Shown here: positions 1-10,227 of the stretch, piece after piece
Numbering within the stretch: the stretch's first letter is position 1
How the letters are laid out: each line of letters begins with the position of its first letter
DNA from: an uncultured bacterium
GTDB taxonomy: Bacteria > Acidobacteriota > Aminicenantia > Aminicenantales > Saccharicenantaceae
Direction of reading: 5' to 3'
DNA: 64,000 nt
Assembly: GCA_937920515.1 (NCBI GenBank)
Contig: CALEUG010000001.1
Location: forward strand, 12,070-76,069
The notes under the pieces: generated by a model
What the model saw: only the letters and a program-made list of their open reading frames with translations
Told to the model about the DNA's origin: nothing
Database searches by the model: none
Program-made: the position numbers and the translations under genes

Positions 1-153
1 AAAAATCAGTCCTGCCCTTCAAAAACTCCCCCTAATTGATTACAATACTCATCTTAAAGCCAGGCCCGGCTGGTGGTAGGAACTAAGGCTTCTGCGGGCA
101 AGGACCAACCCCCAGAAAAACCGCCGGCTGAATTCAGGAAGGACTAAGGCCAG

Positions 154-3100
154 ATGTTCATAAAAAAACTGGAAGTTCAGGGTTTCAAATCTTTCCCCGA
201 CCGCACCAGGATCCTCTTCCACCCCGGCATTACGGCCATCGTCGGCCCCAACGGCACCGGCAAGAGCAACATCGTTGACGGCATCCTCTGGGTGCTGGGC
301 GGGTTGCGCCTCAAATCCGTCCGCGGCGACCGGACCGAGGATTTCATCTTTAACGGCAACGCCAGGCGCCCCCCGCTGAGCATGGCCGACGGCGTCATCA
401 CTCTGGGGAACGAAGAAGAACTGGTCATCTCGCACCGGGTCTTCCGCTCGGGCGAAAGCGAATACCGTCTGAACGGCAAGGCCGTACGACTGAAGGATAT
501 CCAGGATGAGCTCTGGAAACATTCAATTGGCGAGAAAGAATATTTTGTCATAGAACAGGGAGCCATAGGTTCCTTTGTCACTTCCAGGCCCCAGGAAAAG
601 CGGATGCTGATCGAGGAAGCAGCCGGCACCGCCTATTATAAGGACAAGAAAAGGCAGGCCCAGAACAAGCTGGAATCGAGCGAGCAAAATCTCATCCGCC
701 TGGAAGACATCATCATTGAAGTTGAGAAATCCAAGAACTCCCTTTACCGCCAGGCTCTGGCCGCCGCCCGCGTCCGCCGTCTTCGCGAAAGACTGCGTGA
801 GCTCACCACCCACCATTTCTACCGGCGGATGAAACAGCTGGAGAATTCCCTGGAAGAAATTCAGGGCCACCTGCAGGAAGCAGAAGCCCGGGAGCAGAAA
901 GCCCTGGAGGCCGTCCGGGAAGAGGAAAAGAAGCTGGCCAGAAAGAGAAAAGAGCTCTGGGACCTGGAAAAGCAGCTCAAGGACCGCCAGGAACGGACCT
1001 TCAACCTGAAATCGCAGCTATCACGGCTCGAAGGCGAAATAGAGCGGGAAAGCAAGCGCCTGGAATACCTGGAGACCTCCAGGCAGAAGGCCGAGGCTGA
1101 CCGGGTTGAGCTCCAGAACGAAAAGAAGTCCCTGGAAGAAGAGAAAGCCGGAATCGTGGCTAAGCTGGCCGAACTGCAAAAACTGCTGGAAGTAACCACC
1201 GTCCAGGTCGAAGAAAAGAGGGCAGCCCTGGAACAAGCGGCCCGGCTGACCACCGCCGAAGAAGAGCTTCTGACCGGGTTGCGCCGCCAGCAGATTCAAA
1301 AAATCCAGGAAGCCACCGAAATCCGCAACAACTTTTACCGCCTGGAAAAGGAGCTGGAACTTTTCCTGAAGCAGGCGGAAAAACTCGCCCGGGAAAAAGA
1401 TGATTACCAGGCCCAGAAGCGCCAGGTTGAAAACCGGCTGGTCGACCTCAGAAACGAGCTCGAACAGGCCCGGCAGGAAAAAAACCGGCAGCAGGCGGAT
1501 CTGGCCGGGCTTACCGGGAACTTAAACGGACTTAATGACAGACTGGCCAGGCTGGAAGAAAATCTTTCCCGGCTCAACCGGAAAATAGAAGAAACCGGCC
1601 ACCAGCTTCAGGCCCTGGAAAAGATAGCCGAGGTGGAGCGCAACCCTGCCGACCGCGCCCTCGTCCCGGGAGCCCTGGGCTGGTTTTCCGAACTGGTGGA
1701 AATTCCAGAAGAGGCGACAGGCCTGTTCGACCTTTTCTGGAAAGAAGAAGCCAGGGCCCAGGCATTTCTCCTGGAACAATTCAAGGAGAATATACCGGCC
1801 GGAGACCGCCGGACATTACTCCTGCTATCGGAAAAACCGGCCCACCAGGTACCGGACAGTCTCCTCCGCCAGGTCGGAGTCCTGGGCCTGTTGAAGCAGA
1901 AAATCAAAGTCAGGTCCGGACTGGAAAAATACACTTCTTCCCTGCCGGAGGCGGTCATCGTCAAAGATGTGCTGACCGCAGTCAGGCTCTGGGAGCAATA
2001 TCCCGATTTCAACTACATCACGGTCGAAGGCGACCTGCTCCAGTCCTCCGGCCTGCTCAAGACCGGTCAGAAAAAAGAAGGGTTGTTCACCCTCAGCCAG
2101 GAAAAAAGACGCCTGCTCCAGGAATTGCAGAAGCTGGAAGCTGAAAAAGAACCGCTGCTCAGGGAAATCGAAAATTTAAGCGGAGAACGGAGCACCCTGG
2201 AGAAAAACTTAGAAGAGGCCAGGAACCGCCTGCTGGAGACCGAAAAGAAAATATCCGACCTGGAGCGGGAAAACAGGTTCGTCAGCTTAGAGCTCCAGAA
2301 AATCTCCACCGCCCTGGAAATAGTGGAGCGGGAAGAGAAAATCCAGCAGCAAGAAAAAGAAGCCCTGCGGCTTAAAAAAGAAGAAGTCCTCCGCGGGCTC
2401 CAGAGCCTGGAGGCCGGGCTGGAAGAAATCAAACAGAATATAAGAGAAAAAGAAAAAGCCTTAAATCTGGCCAGGGAAAACCTGAAGGCCGAAGAAGAAA
2501 AAGCCTACCAGCTTCGCTCCGAATTCAACCTTCTCCAGGAAAAAATCAGCGGCAACCGGAGCAGCCTGCAGGCCCTGGAAAAAAGGCACCAGGCCATCAC
2601 CACCAAGCTGGGAGTCCTGGAGATGGAAGTTTATACCGGCCAGGAGGAGAAAGAACGGCTGGCCCGGTTGATAGAAGAACTGAAACAGAAAGCCGCCCGG
2701 CTCGAAACCGAAGCCCGGAAAGAAGAAGAAGGGCTGATGGAGCAGGACCGGCAGGTCCCCGAACTTCAGAAAGAGCTGGAAGAGATGGAGGCCCGGTTGC
2801 GGGAGCTGAGGGCAGAGGAGGAAAAAGCACGCCAGGAAAAAACCAGGCTGGAAATCCGCCGGGCCGAGGTGGAAAGGGACCGGGTCAACCTGGAAGAGAC
2901 CTGCTGGCAGGAGCTGAAGAAAAACCTGCTGGAACTCAGGCAGGAAATAGAGAGCCAATTCCAGGAAGCCGGGTCGGGTGCAGTCAGCGAGGTGCAGGCC
3001 CGGGACCTTCCCGATGAAGCCGAGGAAGTTGAGGAAGAAGCGGCCGAAGTTACTGAAGAAAAAACTGAAGAGAAATCCGCAGAAAAAGCGGAAGAAAAGC

Positions 3101-3942
3101 CCAGGGAAAGAAGAAGGGGCAAGCCGCCGGTACCGGCCCGCGAGCTGAGCGACGAAGAACTGGAAAAGGAGCTGGAGACTGTTGGTGACACCCTGCAGCG
3201 CCTGCGCCAGGTCAACATGATGGCCGAGGAAGAGTACATAGAACAGAAAAAGAGATATGATTTTCTCATCCAGCAGCGGCAGGACCTGCGCGACTCGATC
3301 AGCTCCACCCAGGAAGCCATCAAGAAAATAGACGAGGAAAGCAAGAACCAGTTCCTCAAGGCTCTGGAAGAAGTCAACAAGAACTTCCAGGAAATCTTCG
3401 CCCTGCTTTTTCGCGGGGGCACGGCCGAGGTCAAGCTGCTGGAACCGGAAAACCCGCTGGAAAGCGGAGTGGAAATCGTGGCCCAGCCACCCGGAAAGAG
3501 GCTGCAGAACCTGACCCTGCTTTCTGGCGGAGAGAAATCACTGACCAGCCTGGCCTTCCTGTTTGCCCTTTTCCGCTACAAGCCGTCGCCGTTCTGCATC
3601 CTGGACGAGGTCGACGCCGCCCTGGATGAGGTAAACTTAGGCCGCTTCCTCAACCTGATGAAGGCCATCAAGCACCAGACCCAGTTCATAATCATCACCC
3701 ACAACTACAAGACCATGGAAGTGGCCGATTACATCTACGGCACTACCATGGAAGAGCCCAACGTCACCAGAGTCTACTCGGTCAGGATGGAGAGAAAAGA
3801 AGCCGGGAGCCAGGAAGAGGAAGCAGGAACCGGCAATGAACCGGCAGTTCCACCCGAAGCCGGGAGTCAGGATCATGGACCAAACTCCACCACATCAGAA
3901 GACGAGATTGAGCCCATAGAAGACACTGAGAAAGGAGCCTGA
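154..3942 (+). CDS. smc: Chromosome segregation protein SMC
   Basis: N-terminal GFKSF and Walker A GPNGTGKSN, long coiled coils around a central hinge, C-terminal LSGGEK signature, Walker B/D-loop FCILDEVDAALD and ITH. Confidence 0.97.
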   Translation: MFIKKLEVQGFKSFPDRTRILFHPGITAIVGPNGTGKSNIVDGILWVLGGLRLKSVRGDRTEDFIFNGNARRPPLSMADGVITLGNEEELVISHRVFRSGESEYRLNGKAVRLKDIQDELWKHSIGEKEYFVIEQGAIGSFVTSRPQEKRMLIEEAAGTAYYKDKKRQAQNKLESSEQNLIRLEDIIIEVEKSKNSLYRQALAAARVRRLRERLRELTTHHFYRRMKQLENSLEEIQGHLQEAEAREQKALEAVREEEKKLARKRKELWDLEKQLKDRQERTFNLKSQLSRLEGEIERESKRLEYLETSRQKAEADRVELQNEKKSLEEEKAGIVAKLAELQKLLEVTTVQVEEKRAALEQAARLTTAEEELLTGLRRQQIQKIQEATEIRNNFYRLEKELELFLKQAEKLAREKDDYQAQKRQVENRLVDLRNELEQARQEKNRQQADLAGLTGNLNGLNDRLARLEENLSRLNRKIEETGHQLQALEKIAEVERNPADRALVPGALGWFSELVEIPEEATGLFDLFWKEEARAQAFLLEQFKENIPAGDRRTLLLLSEKPAHQVPDSLLRQVGVLGLLKQKIKVRSGLEKYTSSLPEAVIVKDVLTAVRLWEQYPDFNYITVEGDLLQSSGLLKTGQKKEGLFTLSQEKRRLLQELQKLEAEKEPLLREIENLSGERSTLEKNLEEARNRLLETEKKISDLERENRFVSLELQKISTALEIVEREEKIQQQEKEALRLKKEEVLRGLQSLEAGLEEIKQNIREKEKALNLARENLKAEEEKAYQLRSEFNLLQEKISGNRSSLQALEKRHQAITTKLGVLEMEVYTGQEEKERLARLIEELKQKAARLETEARKEEEGLMEQDRQVPELQKELEEMEARLRELRAEEEKARQEKTRLEIRRAEVERDRVNLEETCWQELKKNLLELRQEIESQFQEAGSGAVSEVQARDLPDEAEEVEEEAAEVTEEKTEEKSAEKAEEKPRERRRGKPPVPARELSDEELEKELETVGDTLQRLRQVNMMAEEEYIEQKKRYDFLIQQRQDLRDSISSTQEAIKKIDEESKNQFLKALEEVNKNFQEIFALLFRGGTAEVKLLEPENPLESGVEIVAQPPGKRLQNLTLLSGGEKSLTSLAFLFALFRYKPSPFCILDEVDAALDEVNLGRFLNLMKAIKHQTQFIIITHNYKTMEVADYIYGTTMEEPNVTRVYSVRMERKEAGSQEEEAGTGNEPAVPPEAGSQDHGPNSTTSEDEIEPIEDTEKGA

Positions 3943-4385
3943 GAACTTTTGGCCATCTTCCTAAAAGTCCCTTCGCCAATGGCCAAGGTAACCTATCCAG
4001 GTTCATAGCAACCATGTTTATTTTTCTGTTTATTCTGGCTCCTTCGCTAACCACCCTGACCTCGCCTTAAGTTGATTTTCCTCCCTCATAAATCCCATAG
4101 TGCTGGCTCCGAGGCACTGGTGACACCCCCGGATTCTATAAATCAAATCTCTCCAACCCTGAGAGGATTAACATTTACACATTTCAGTCGTCTTATCTGG
4201 CAATCATCGGGATCGGTCATCAGGCAAAGCTTGTTCTCAAAAACCCAGACTGAAAATGTCACGGATGTCTTGACCCAATACAAACATTAGCAATGTTCCC
4301 GGCCATCCCCTGTAATCTCTTTGAGCCATAGTGAGCAAACACCTCGTTTCTTTCGTTTTTTGTTTAAAAGGGGAGAAGATTCGAC

Positions 4386-4472
4386 GGCTCATTCCCCCGG
4401 ATCAGGCCGGGGGACAGGCTCATGGTTTTATAAGAGCGTATACACACATCTGACGGAACGGGTAAATGAGCC
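4386..4472. repeat. GC-rich palindromic (REP-like) element in a 1-kb intergenic region
   Basis: Hairpin CCCCCGG-atcagg-CCGGGGG (4394-4413) nested in the inverted pair GGCTCATT (4386) / AATGAGCC (4465). Confidence 0.3.
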
Positions 4473-4962
4473 AGAGACGAAAACGGGTTAAATAAGAAAA
4501 GAGTTGCTTGACCCAGCGCTTTCATGCCTGCGAACTATTTTACAAACCGGGCTCACTCTCCTGGATAAATCGCAGATATACTCTGTACACCAGTTCTCAA
4601 TCAGATGGCGAATGTTTTTATGGGCCGGCGATTTATTCCAGAAGGCTAATTAAATTTTTTACTGGAGAATATATCTTTTTCTCGTGCCTGCCGCATTATC
4701 TACCTGTTCTTTTGTACCCTCTTCCGACCATAAGATTGGCACCGGGTCTAAAAAACACCGCCGCCTTATTTCCTTTGTTATCAAACCGGTCACACCGGCC
4801 CCACGGCTCTGCCGGAAAGAATAAATCTTTTGACTGAAACCGCGGGTTTAAGATAATATCACTTACGATGTTTTCGTTAACAGGTTGCTGGCTTTCCTCC
4901 CCTCATCCAGCCCTGAATTTCTCTGTATTTTGCCAGAACTCTGCAAACTGCAAGGAGGCCTC

Positions 4963-6432
4963 ATGACCTTTTATCTCTACATCATCCTGGGTTATCTGCT
5001 GGTTCTAACCGTAATCAACTTCCTCCGGGCCAAAAAAGTCAAGAGCCAGGAGGATTTCATGGTGGCCGGCCGCAAGCTCAAGTGGTCGGTCATGGTCTTC
5101 ACCCTGATCTGCACCTGGATTGGCTCTGGCACTTTCATCTCCGGTGCGGAGTTCGCCTCCAAGGCCGGGTTTTCAGCCCTGTGGCTGGCGGCCGGAGCCT
5201 GGGTTGGTATCATCATCATCTATTTCCTGGCCGCCAAGATCCAGACCTTCGGCCAGTATACCATCGGCGACATCCTGGAAGTCAGGTACGGACCACTGGC
5301 CCGCCTGTTCGGGGCCATCGCCCTGGTGATTTCCTTCACGGCGATCGTCTCCTACCAGTTTGTGGCCGGTGGTTTCATCCTGAACGTGGCCACCGACGGG
5401 GCGATTTCTGACAGGATGGGAATTTACCTGGCCGCCACCTTTGTCATCCTGTTCACCGCCCTGGGCGGGATGGTGGCCGTGGCTTACACCGACCTGCCCA
5501 ACGGAATAATCATCGTCCTGGCCTGCCTGCTGTCGGTGCCCTTTGTCTATGCCGCGGCCGGCGGCCTGAGCGGAGCCCAGGCCAGCCTGTCCCCGGGATA
5601 TTTTGCCGTGGTCAACGAGCAATTTGGAGCCAACCCCACCCTCAAGGCCCTGGGCTACTTCCTATCGACCATGTTCCTGCTGCTGGGCGTCCAGAGCATG
5701 TACCAGAAATTCTACAGCGCCCGCAGCCCCAGGGACGCCAAGAAGGCGGTGGTCTTCTGGACCATAGGGACGGTCTTCGTGGAAACCGTGGTGGTCATAA
5801 TCGCCGTTTTTTCCTACAGCATGTTCAAGGATCAGATAAACCTCAGCATTCCCAAGGAAGGCGGGAAGGTGGTGCTGCTGGCCGCCCGCAACCTGGTGCC
5901 GCCGCCCATCGGCGTGCTGCTGCTGGGGGCGGCCTGCGCCGTGGTCATTTCCACCGGCATGAATTACCTCCTCTCCCCCTCCAGCAACCTCATCCGCGAC
6001 ATCTACCAGAGGTTCATCAATCGTTCGGCCGAAGACCGCAAGTTAGTGGCCCTGCAGAAACTGTTCATCGTGATAATCGGGGTTATTGCCTTTTTCTTTG
6101 CCCTGCGCCTGAAATCGGTGCTGGAGATGAGCTACTTCGCCTACACCATCTACGGGGTGGCCATCACCCCGGCCCTGATCGCCGCCCTGGCCTGGAAAAG
6201 GGCCACCAGGGCTGGCGGGCTGGCTTCCATCATTTCCGGCACGGTGGTCAGCGTCGGGATGAAGGTCCTGGCCGAGGTCCTGCCGCCGGAGAAAGTCCCG
6301 GAAGGCGACCCCTGGGGCATACCCCTGATTTTCCCGGCTCTGGCCGTTTCTTTGCTGAGCCTCATCGTGGTCAGCCTGCTGACCAAAAAACCGGGCGAAG
6401 AAGAGCTGGCCACTTTCTTCCCGAAAAAATGA
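4963..6432 (+). CDS. Sodium:solute symporter (SSS family)
   Basis: Many TM segments; DFMVAGR, TWIGSG and GGMVAVAYTD motifs. Start moved to ATG 4963, which follows the SD AAGGAGG. Confidence 0.92.
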   Translation: MTFYLYIILGYLLVLTVINFLRAKKVKSQEDFMVAGRKLKWSVMVFTLICTWIGSGTFISGAEFASKAGFSALWLAAGAWVGIIIIYFLAAKIQTFGQYTIGDILEVRYGPLARLFGAIALVISFTAIVSYQFVAGGFILNVATDGAISDRMGIYLAATFVILFTALGGMVAVAYTDLPNGIIIVLACLLSVPFVYAAAGGLSGAQASLSPGYFAVVNEQFGANPTLKALGYFLSTMFLLLGVQSMYQKFYSARSPRDAKKAVVFWTIGTVFVETVVVIIAVFSYSMFKDQINLSIPKEGGKVVLLAARNLVPPPIGVLLLGAACAVVISTGMNYLLSPSSNLIRDIYQRFINRSAEDRKLVALQKLFIVIIGVIAFFFALRLKSVLEMSYFAYTIYGVAITPALIAALAWKRATRAGGLASIISGTVVSVGMKVLAEVLPPEKVPEGDPWGIPLIFPALAVSLLSLIVVSLLTKKPGEEELATFFPKK

Positions 6433-6441
6433 TTCGAGCGG

Positions 6442-7485
6442 ATGAAAACCGGAATTGTTTTTGACAGGCGCTTTGCCCTGCACCAGATGGGCGAGGAGCA
6501 CATAGAAAGTCCGCTGCGGATTATCGCCCTGCACGAGCTCCTGGAGAAGAAGCTCAGGCCCGGATTTTCCATCATCGAACCCAGGCCGGCTACCCGCGAA
6601 GAAATTGAGATGGTGCACCTCAGGGAATACGTGGATTTTCTGGCGGAGACATCTGGCCAGGATTCTTATTTCCCGTTTGACCCGGATACCATCGCCGGCC
6701 CTCATACTTACGAAGCGGCCTGCCTGGCCGCCGGGGCGGGGCTGACCGCCGCCGACCTGATCCTGGAGGGAAAGCTGGACAACGCCTTCGCCCTGGTCCG
6801 GCCTCCAGGGCACCACGCCGAGGCCCACCGGCCCATGGGTTTCTGCTTCTTCAACAATATCGCCATCACCGCCGAATTCCTCAGGCGCCGGCGAGGAATC
6901 AGGAAAATCCTGGTAGTTGATTGGGATTTGCACCACGGCAACGGCACCCAGAAGACTTTCTACGCCACGCCGGAGGTTCTTTACATCTCCCTCCACCAGA
7001 GCCCGCTTTTCCCGGGCACCGGTTCCGCCTCCGAGGTCGGCGAAAAGGATGGGCTGGGCTTTAACCTTAACTTTCCGCTCCGGGCGGGAAAAACCGATGA
7101 AGATTACCTTTATATCTTTCAGAAAGCCATTCTGCCGGTGGCTGAGAGCTACCAGCCGGAGTTCGTCCTGGTTTCGGCCGGATTTGACATCATGAAGTGG
7201 GACCCGCTGGGGCGAATGGAGCTTACGGCCGAAGGCTGCGGGGATATCAGCCAGGTGCTGACCGAGATAGCAGGACGCTGGGCTTCAGGTCGCCAAATAA
7301 TCTTCCTGGAAGGTGGATATAACCTGAAAGAGCTAAAAGACGGGGTGGAAGAGGTCTGCCTGAGGCTCAGCGAGGCTAAAAAACGTGAGCTTCCCGATAT
7401 TTCCTGCCCTCAGGCTCTGGCCGGAGAAATAAGGCCCTACCTGAAGATTTTTCGCAACTACTGGAAGGACATACCTGAGATTTAG
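6442..7485 (+). CDS. Zn-dependent histone deacetylase family (AcuC/AphA-like) amidohydrolase
   Basis: RPPGHHA, GFCFFNN, DWDLHHGNGTQ, SAGFD and LEGGY motifs are intact. Confidence 0.95.
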   Translation: MKTGIVFDRRFALHQMGEEHIESPLRIIALHELLEKKLRPGFSIIEPRPATREEIEMVHLREYVDFLAETSGQDSYFPFDPDTIAGPHTYEAACLAAGAGLTAADLILEGKLDNAFALVRPPGHHAEAHRPMGFCFFNNIAITAEFLRRRRGIRKILVVDWDLHHGNGTQKTFYATPEVLYISLHQSPLFPGTGSASEVGEKDGLGFNLNFPLRAGKTDEDYLYIFQKAILPVAESYQPEFVLVSAGFDIMKWDPLGRMELTAEGCGDISQVLTEIAGRWASGRQIIFLEGGYNLKELKDGVEEVCLRLSEAKKRELPDISCPQALAGEIRPYLKIFRNYWKDIPEI

Positions 7486-7787
7486 GAAGCCGGAGTCTTT
7501 TCGGAATGGCAAATAAAAAAAAACTTGCTATACCAGAATCCCCTTAATCCTATCTGCGCAGGCCGCAGGGCTGGCTTCGGCCAGAACATGAAAAGATGGG
7601 AACCCGTTAAGGCATCGGAAGCCGGGGCAATGTTCAGAACGCAAAACCGGCCACCTCTTACAAAGCATCAGGCCCGGAAACTTGCTTATTCCCGGGCAAA
7701 ACGACTGATTAGATGACAGGCGTCATCCAGAATAGACACCTTTTCTTCCGGGAGCGGCCGTTTTCCCCTGTTAATTTGCCCCCAAAA

Positions 7788-7804
7788 CTGGCACAAATTA
7801 TGCA
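7788..7804 (+). promoter_or_regulatory. Putative sigma-54 (-24/-12) promoter
   Basis: CTGGCAC-AAATT-ATGCA has correct GG-N10-GC spacing and lies about 28 bp upstream of the ATG at 7832, which has an AAGGAG SD. Confidence 0.65.
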
Positions 7805-7831
7805 TTAATTTCGGGTGTAAAGGAGCTTAAG

Positions 7832-9829
7832 ATGAGAAACAAGAGATTTTTCCTGATTGCGGGATTAATTCTACTCCTGGCTTTCTACGCCCCCACCCGG
7901 GCCCAGGAACAGCCGCCCCAGGTAGAACAGACCCAGGAAGAAACTAAATATACCAGCGAGTCGATCGGCCGGGTCAGCTTCCTTGAGGGCAAAGCTTTTA
8001 TCCAGAGAGCGGCCGATATCGGCTACGAGGAAGCCGTGGTCAACGACCCGGTGGCCGAAGGCGACCGCCTGGTGACGTCCGAAGGGCGGATGGAGATTCA
8101 GTTCGGCCGTCGAAATTACCTGCGCCTTGATAACGATACCAAACTGGATATCATGAGCCTGCCCCGCAGGGATAACGACCTGGTAAGATTTCGCGTCTGG
8201 TCAGGCCATGTCTATTTCGCCATCAACAACCTCAAGCGGGAAAAGGGAATTGAAATTCATACCCCCGATTCTTCCTTCTATGTCCTGGAAAAGGGCATCT
8301 TCAGAATCGACGTGGAAGAAGGCCGCGGCACCGAAATCCTGGTCTTCAAGGGGCTGGTGGAAGCGGCCGGCGAGCAGAATTCTTACCTGGTGAAGGGCGA
8401 GCAGCGCCTGGAAATGGCCGAGGGCCGCTTCTCTTCCAGGCCTGCTGGTTTCCGCCCGGTGGCTGACGACGGCTTCGACCGCTGGAACCAGGCCCGCGAC
8501 CAGCAGACCAGCCGCCTCTACGCCAGGCGTTATCTGCCCGAAGACCTGGCCGAGTATGAAGGCGAGCTCAATCAATACGGCGACTGGGTCTACCTGGCTC
8601 CTTACGGTTACGTCTGGGTGCCGCGGGGTGTGGCCGATGACTGGCGACCCTACTATTACGGCCGCTGGGTCTGGGTGCCTCTGACCGGCTGGACCTGGGT
8701 TCCTTACGAGCCCTGGGGCTGGGTGGCTTTCCACTACGGGCGCTGGCACTGGGCCGTGGGCCTCGGCTGGTACTGGATTCCCCATTATGCCTGGGGTCCG
8801 GCCTGGGTCAGCTGGTGGTGGGACATGGATTATTTCTGCTGGGCTCCGCTCGGCTGGTACGGATACCCGGTGGTTGTGATCAACAATGTTTTTTACGCCA
8901 GGTACGTGGGTCACTACCCGATTCATTCCCGGGCCCTGGTTGTGGTCAGAAAAGACCAGCTGCGGGCCCGCGACATTTCCCGGGCTGCCCTGCGACCCGA
9001 AAACCTCAGAGCGACCAACCTTGAAAATAAGAAGATCAGCCTGACCAGCCGGCAACTCCCCTTTCGCCCGGAAGGCTCTAAGCTGACAGTGGAGAAACTG
9101 GATGGGAAGCGGGTCCTGGTCAGGCAGGACAGCCAGGGCACCGGCCTGAAACAGGGTTTGACCGGAACACCTGGAAGAATTTCCGGGAGCAGGGATACGA
9201 GCACAGCCAGTCCAGAACGTCTCCGTCCGGCCACCAAGACGGGAGAAAAACCGGCTCAGGCTTCAAGCGAAAAGGGAAAAACAATTCAGCCCAAAAACCA
9301 GGGCGGAGATAAAAGCTCCACATCGGCCAAACCTTCAAAAAGCACCCCGGCTTCCGGCAAGGTGACTCCCAGAAAAATTAAAAAAGATGATTCGCCTTCT
9401 CCCCTGGCCGCCCGTTCATACAGCCCGGCTGACTCCGACCGGACCATCAGAACCTATCCTTCGTCCTCGAGCCTGAGCTCCCGTAGCCTCAGCCGGCCGG
9501 CGAGCGGCTACAGCTCCGGCTATCTGACGCCGGGCCAAAGCTACAGCCCGCCTTCAACTGCCCCCGGCAGAAGCTACGGCAGCACTCTATCCAGGTCGTC
9601 GACCAGCTCCATAAACGAACACTATTCTCCCTCCCGCCTCAGCTCGCCCCGCAGCTCAAACCTTTCCAGCACCCGGTCGCATTCCTCGGGCCCCGGCTCC
9701 GGTTATTCCAGAATTGGTTCCTCCAGCTCAGGCTCCTCCAGGATCGGTTCATTTAGCAGAGGTTCCGGCTCCAGCGGTTCGTCGCTCAGCTCTTCGTCAA
9801 GGTCAGGCTCAGTCAGCCGCAAGAAATAG
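7832..9829 (+). CDS. Secreted FecR-like / DUF6600-like protein with Trp-rich repeats and a Ser/Gly-rich disordered tail
   Basis: Signal peptide; FecR-like N-domain (GDRLVTSEGRMEIQF); YGDW..YGYVWVP..WRPYYYGRW..PWGWVAFHYGRW..WGPAWVSW repeats; low-complexity C-terminus. Confidence 0.8.
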   Translation: MRNKRFFLIAGLILLLAFYAPTRAQEQPPQVEQTQEETKYTSESIGRVSFLEGKAFIQRAADIGYEEAVVNDPVAEGDRLVTSEGRMEIQFGRRNYLRLDNDTKLDIMSLPRRDNDLVRFRVWSGHVYFAINNLKREKGIEIHTPDSSFYVLEKGIFRIDVEEGRGTEILVFKGLVEAAGEQNSYLVKGEQRLEMAEGRFSSRPAGFRPVADDGFDRWNQARDQQTSRLYARRYLPEDLAEYEGELNQYGDWVYLAPYGYVWVPRGVADDWRPYYYGRWVWVPLTGWTWVPYEPWGWVAFHYGRWHWAVGLGWYWIPHYAWGPAWVSWWWDMDYFCWAPLGWYGYPVVVINNVFYARYVGHYPIHSRALVVVRKDQLRARDISRAALRPENLRATNLENKKISLTSRQLPFRPEGSKLTVEKLDGKRVLVRQDSQGTGLKQGLTGTPGRISGSRDTSTASPERLRPATKTGEKPAQASSEKGKTIQPKNQGGDKSSTSAKPSKSTPASGKVTPRKIKKDDSPSPLAARSYSPADSDRTIRTYPSSSSLSSRSLSRPASGYSSGYLTPGQSYSPPSTAPGRSYGSTLSRSSTSSINEHYSPSRLSSPRSSNLSSTRSHSSGPGSGYSRIGSSSSGSSRIGSFSRGSGSSGSSLSSSSRSGSVSRKK

Positions 9830-10177
9830 GACCTAAGAACCCCGACCAGAGTAAGGTACTTTTTTAAGAATGTCGTGGTTGGGAGGGGGGAAGTCCGGGC
9901 TATTGCCTGGCCCGGGACCGGAAGTTCGGGCAGCAGCTTAAAGGTCCATACCAGAAATCAACTTCCGGATTTTTAGTTTAGCAGTTCTTCTGGCCTGTCA
10001 GGGCAGTCGGCAGAACCATCAGGGAACTTACTACCAGGTATCAGGCCGGGCTGGCACCCGGAGCTAAAATCCCGTTCTCTCTAACCTTCTGACTTTCAGG
10101 CTTTTTCTGAAAATTTAAACCTCTACTTAAAATCTTTGAATTCTTCAAGACTTTCAGGTATTGCAGCGGGCCTGATT

Positions 10178-10203
10178 AATATATGAATAAATCTTCATAT
10201 ATT
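10178..10203. promoter_or_regulatory. Perfect palindrome AATATATGAA-N6-TTCATATATT (candidate protein-binding site)
   Basis: 10-bp perfect arms; a near-identical copy lies at 27339-27364. Confidence 0.45.
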
Positions 10204-10227
10204 GTCTCACTTTCCCCTGTCCGGCAA

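Noticed and set aside
4072-4837. Short ORFs in the gap between smc and the SSS gene
   Set aside because: TTG starts without an SD, atypical composition and no motifs.
9880-9970. GGGGAAGTCCGGGC resembling the RNase P RNA GAGGAAAGTCC motif
   Set aside because: The match is imperfect and I found no 3' P4 motif or other conserved RNase P regions; only local hairpins are present.
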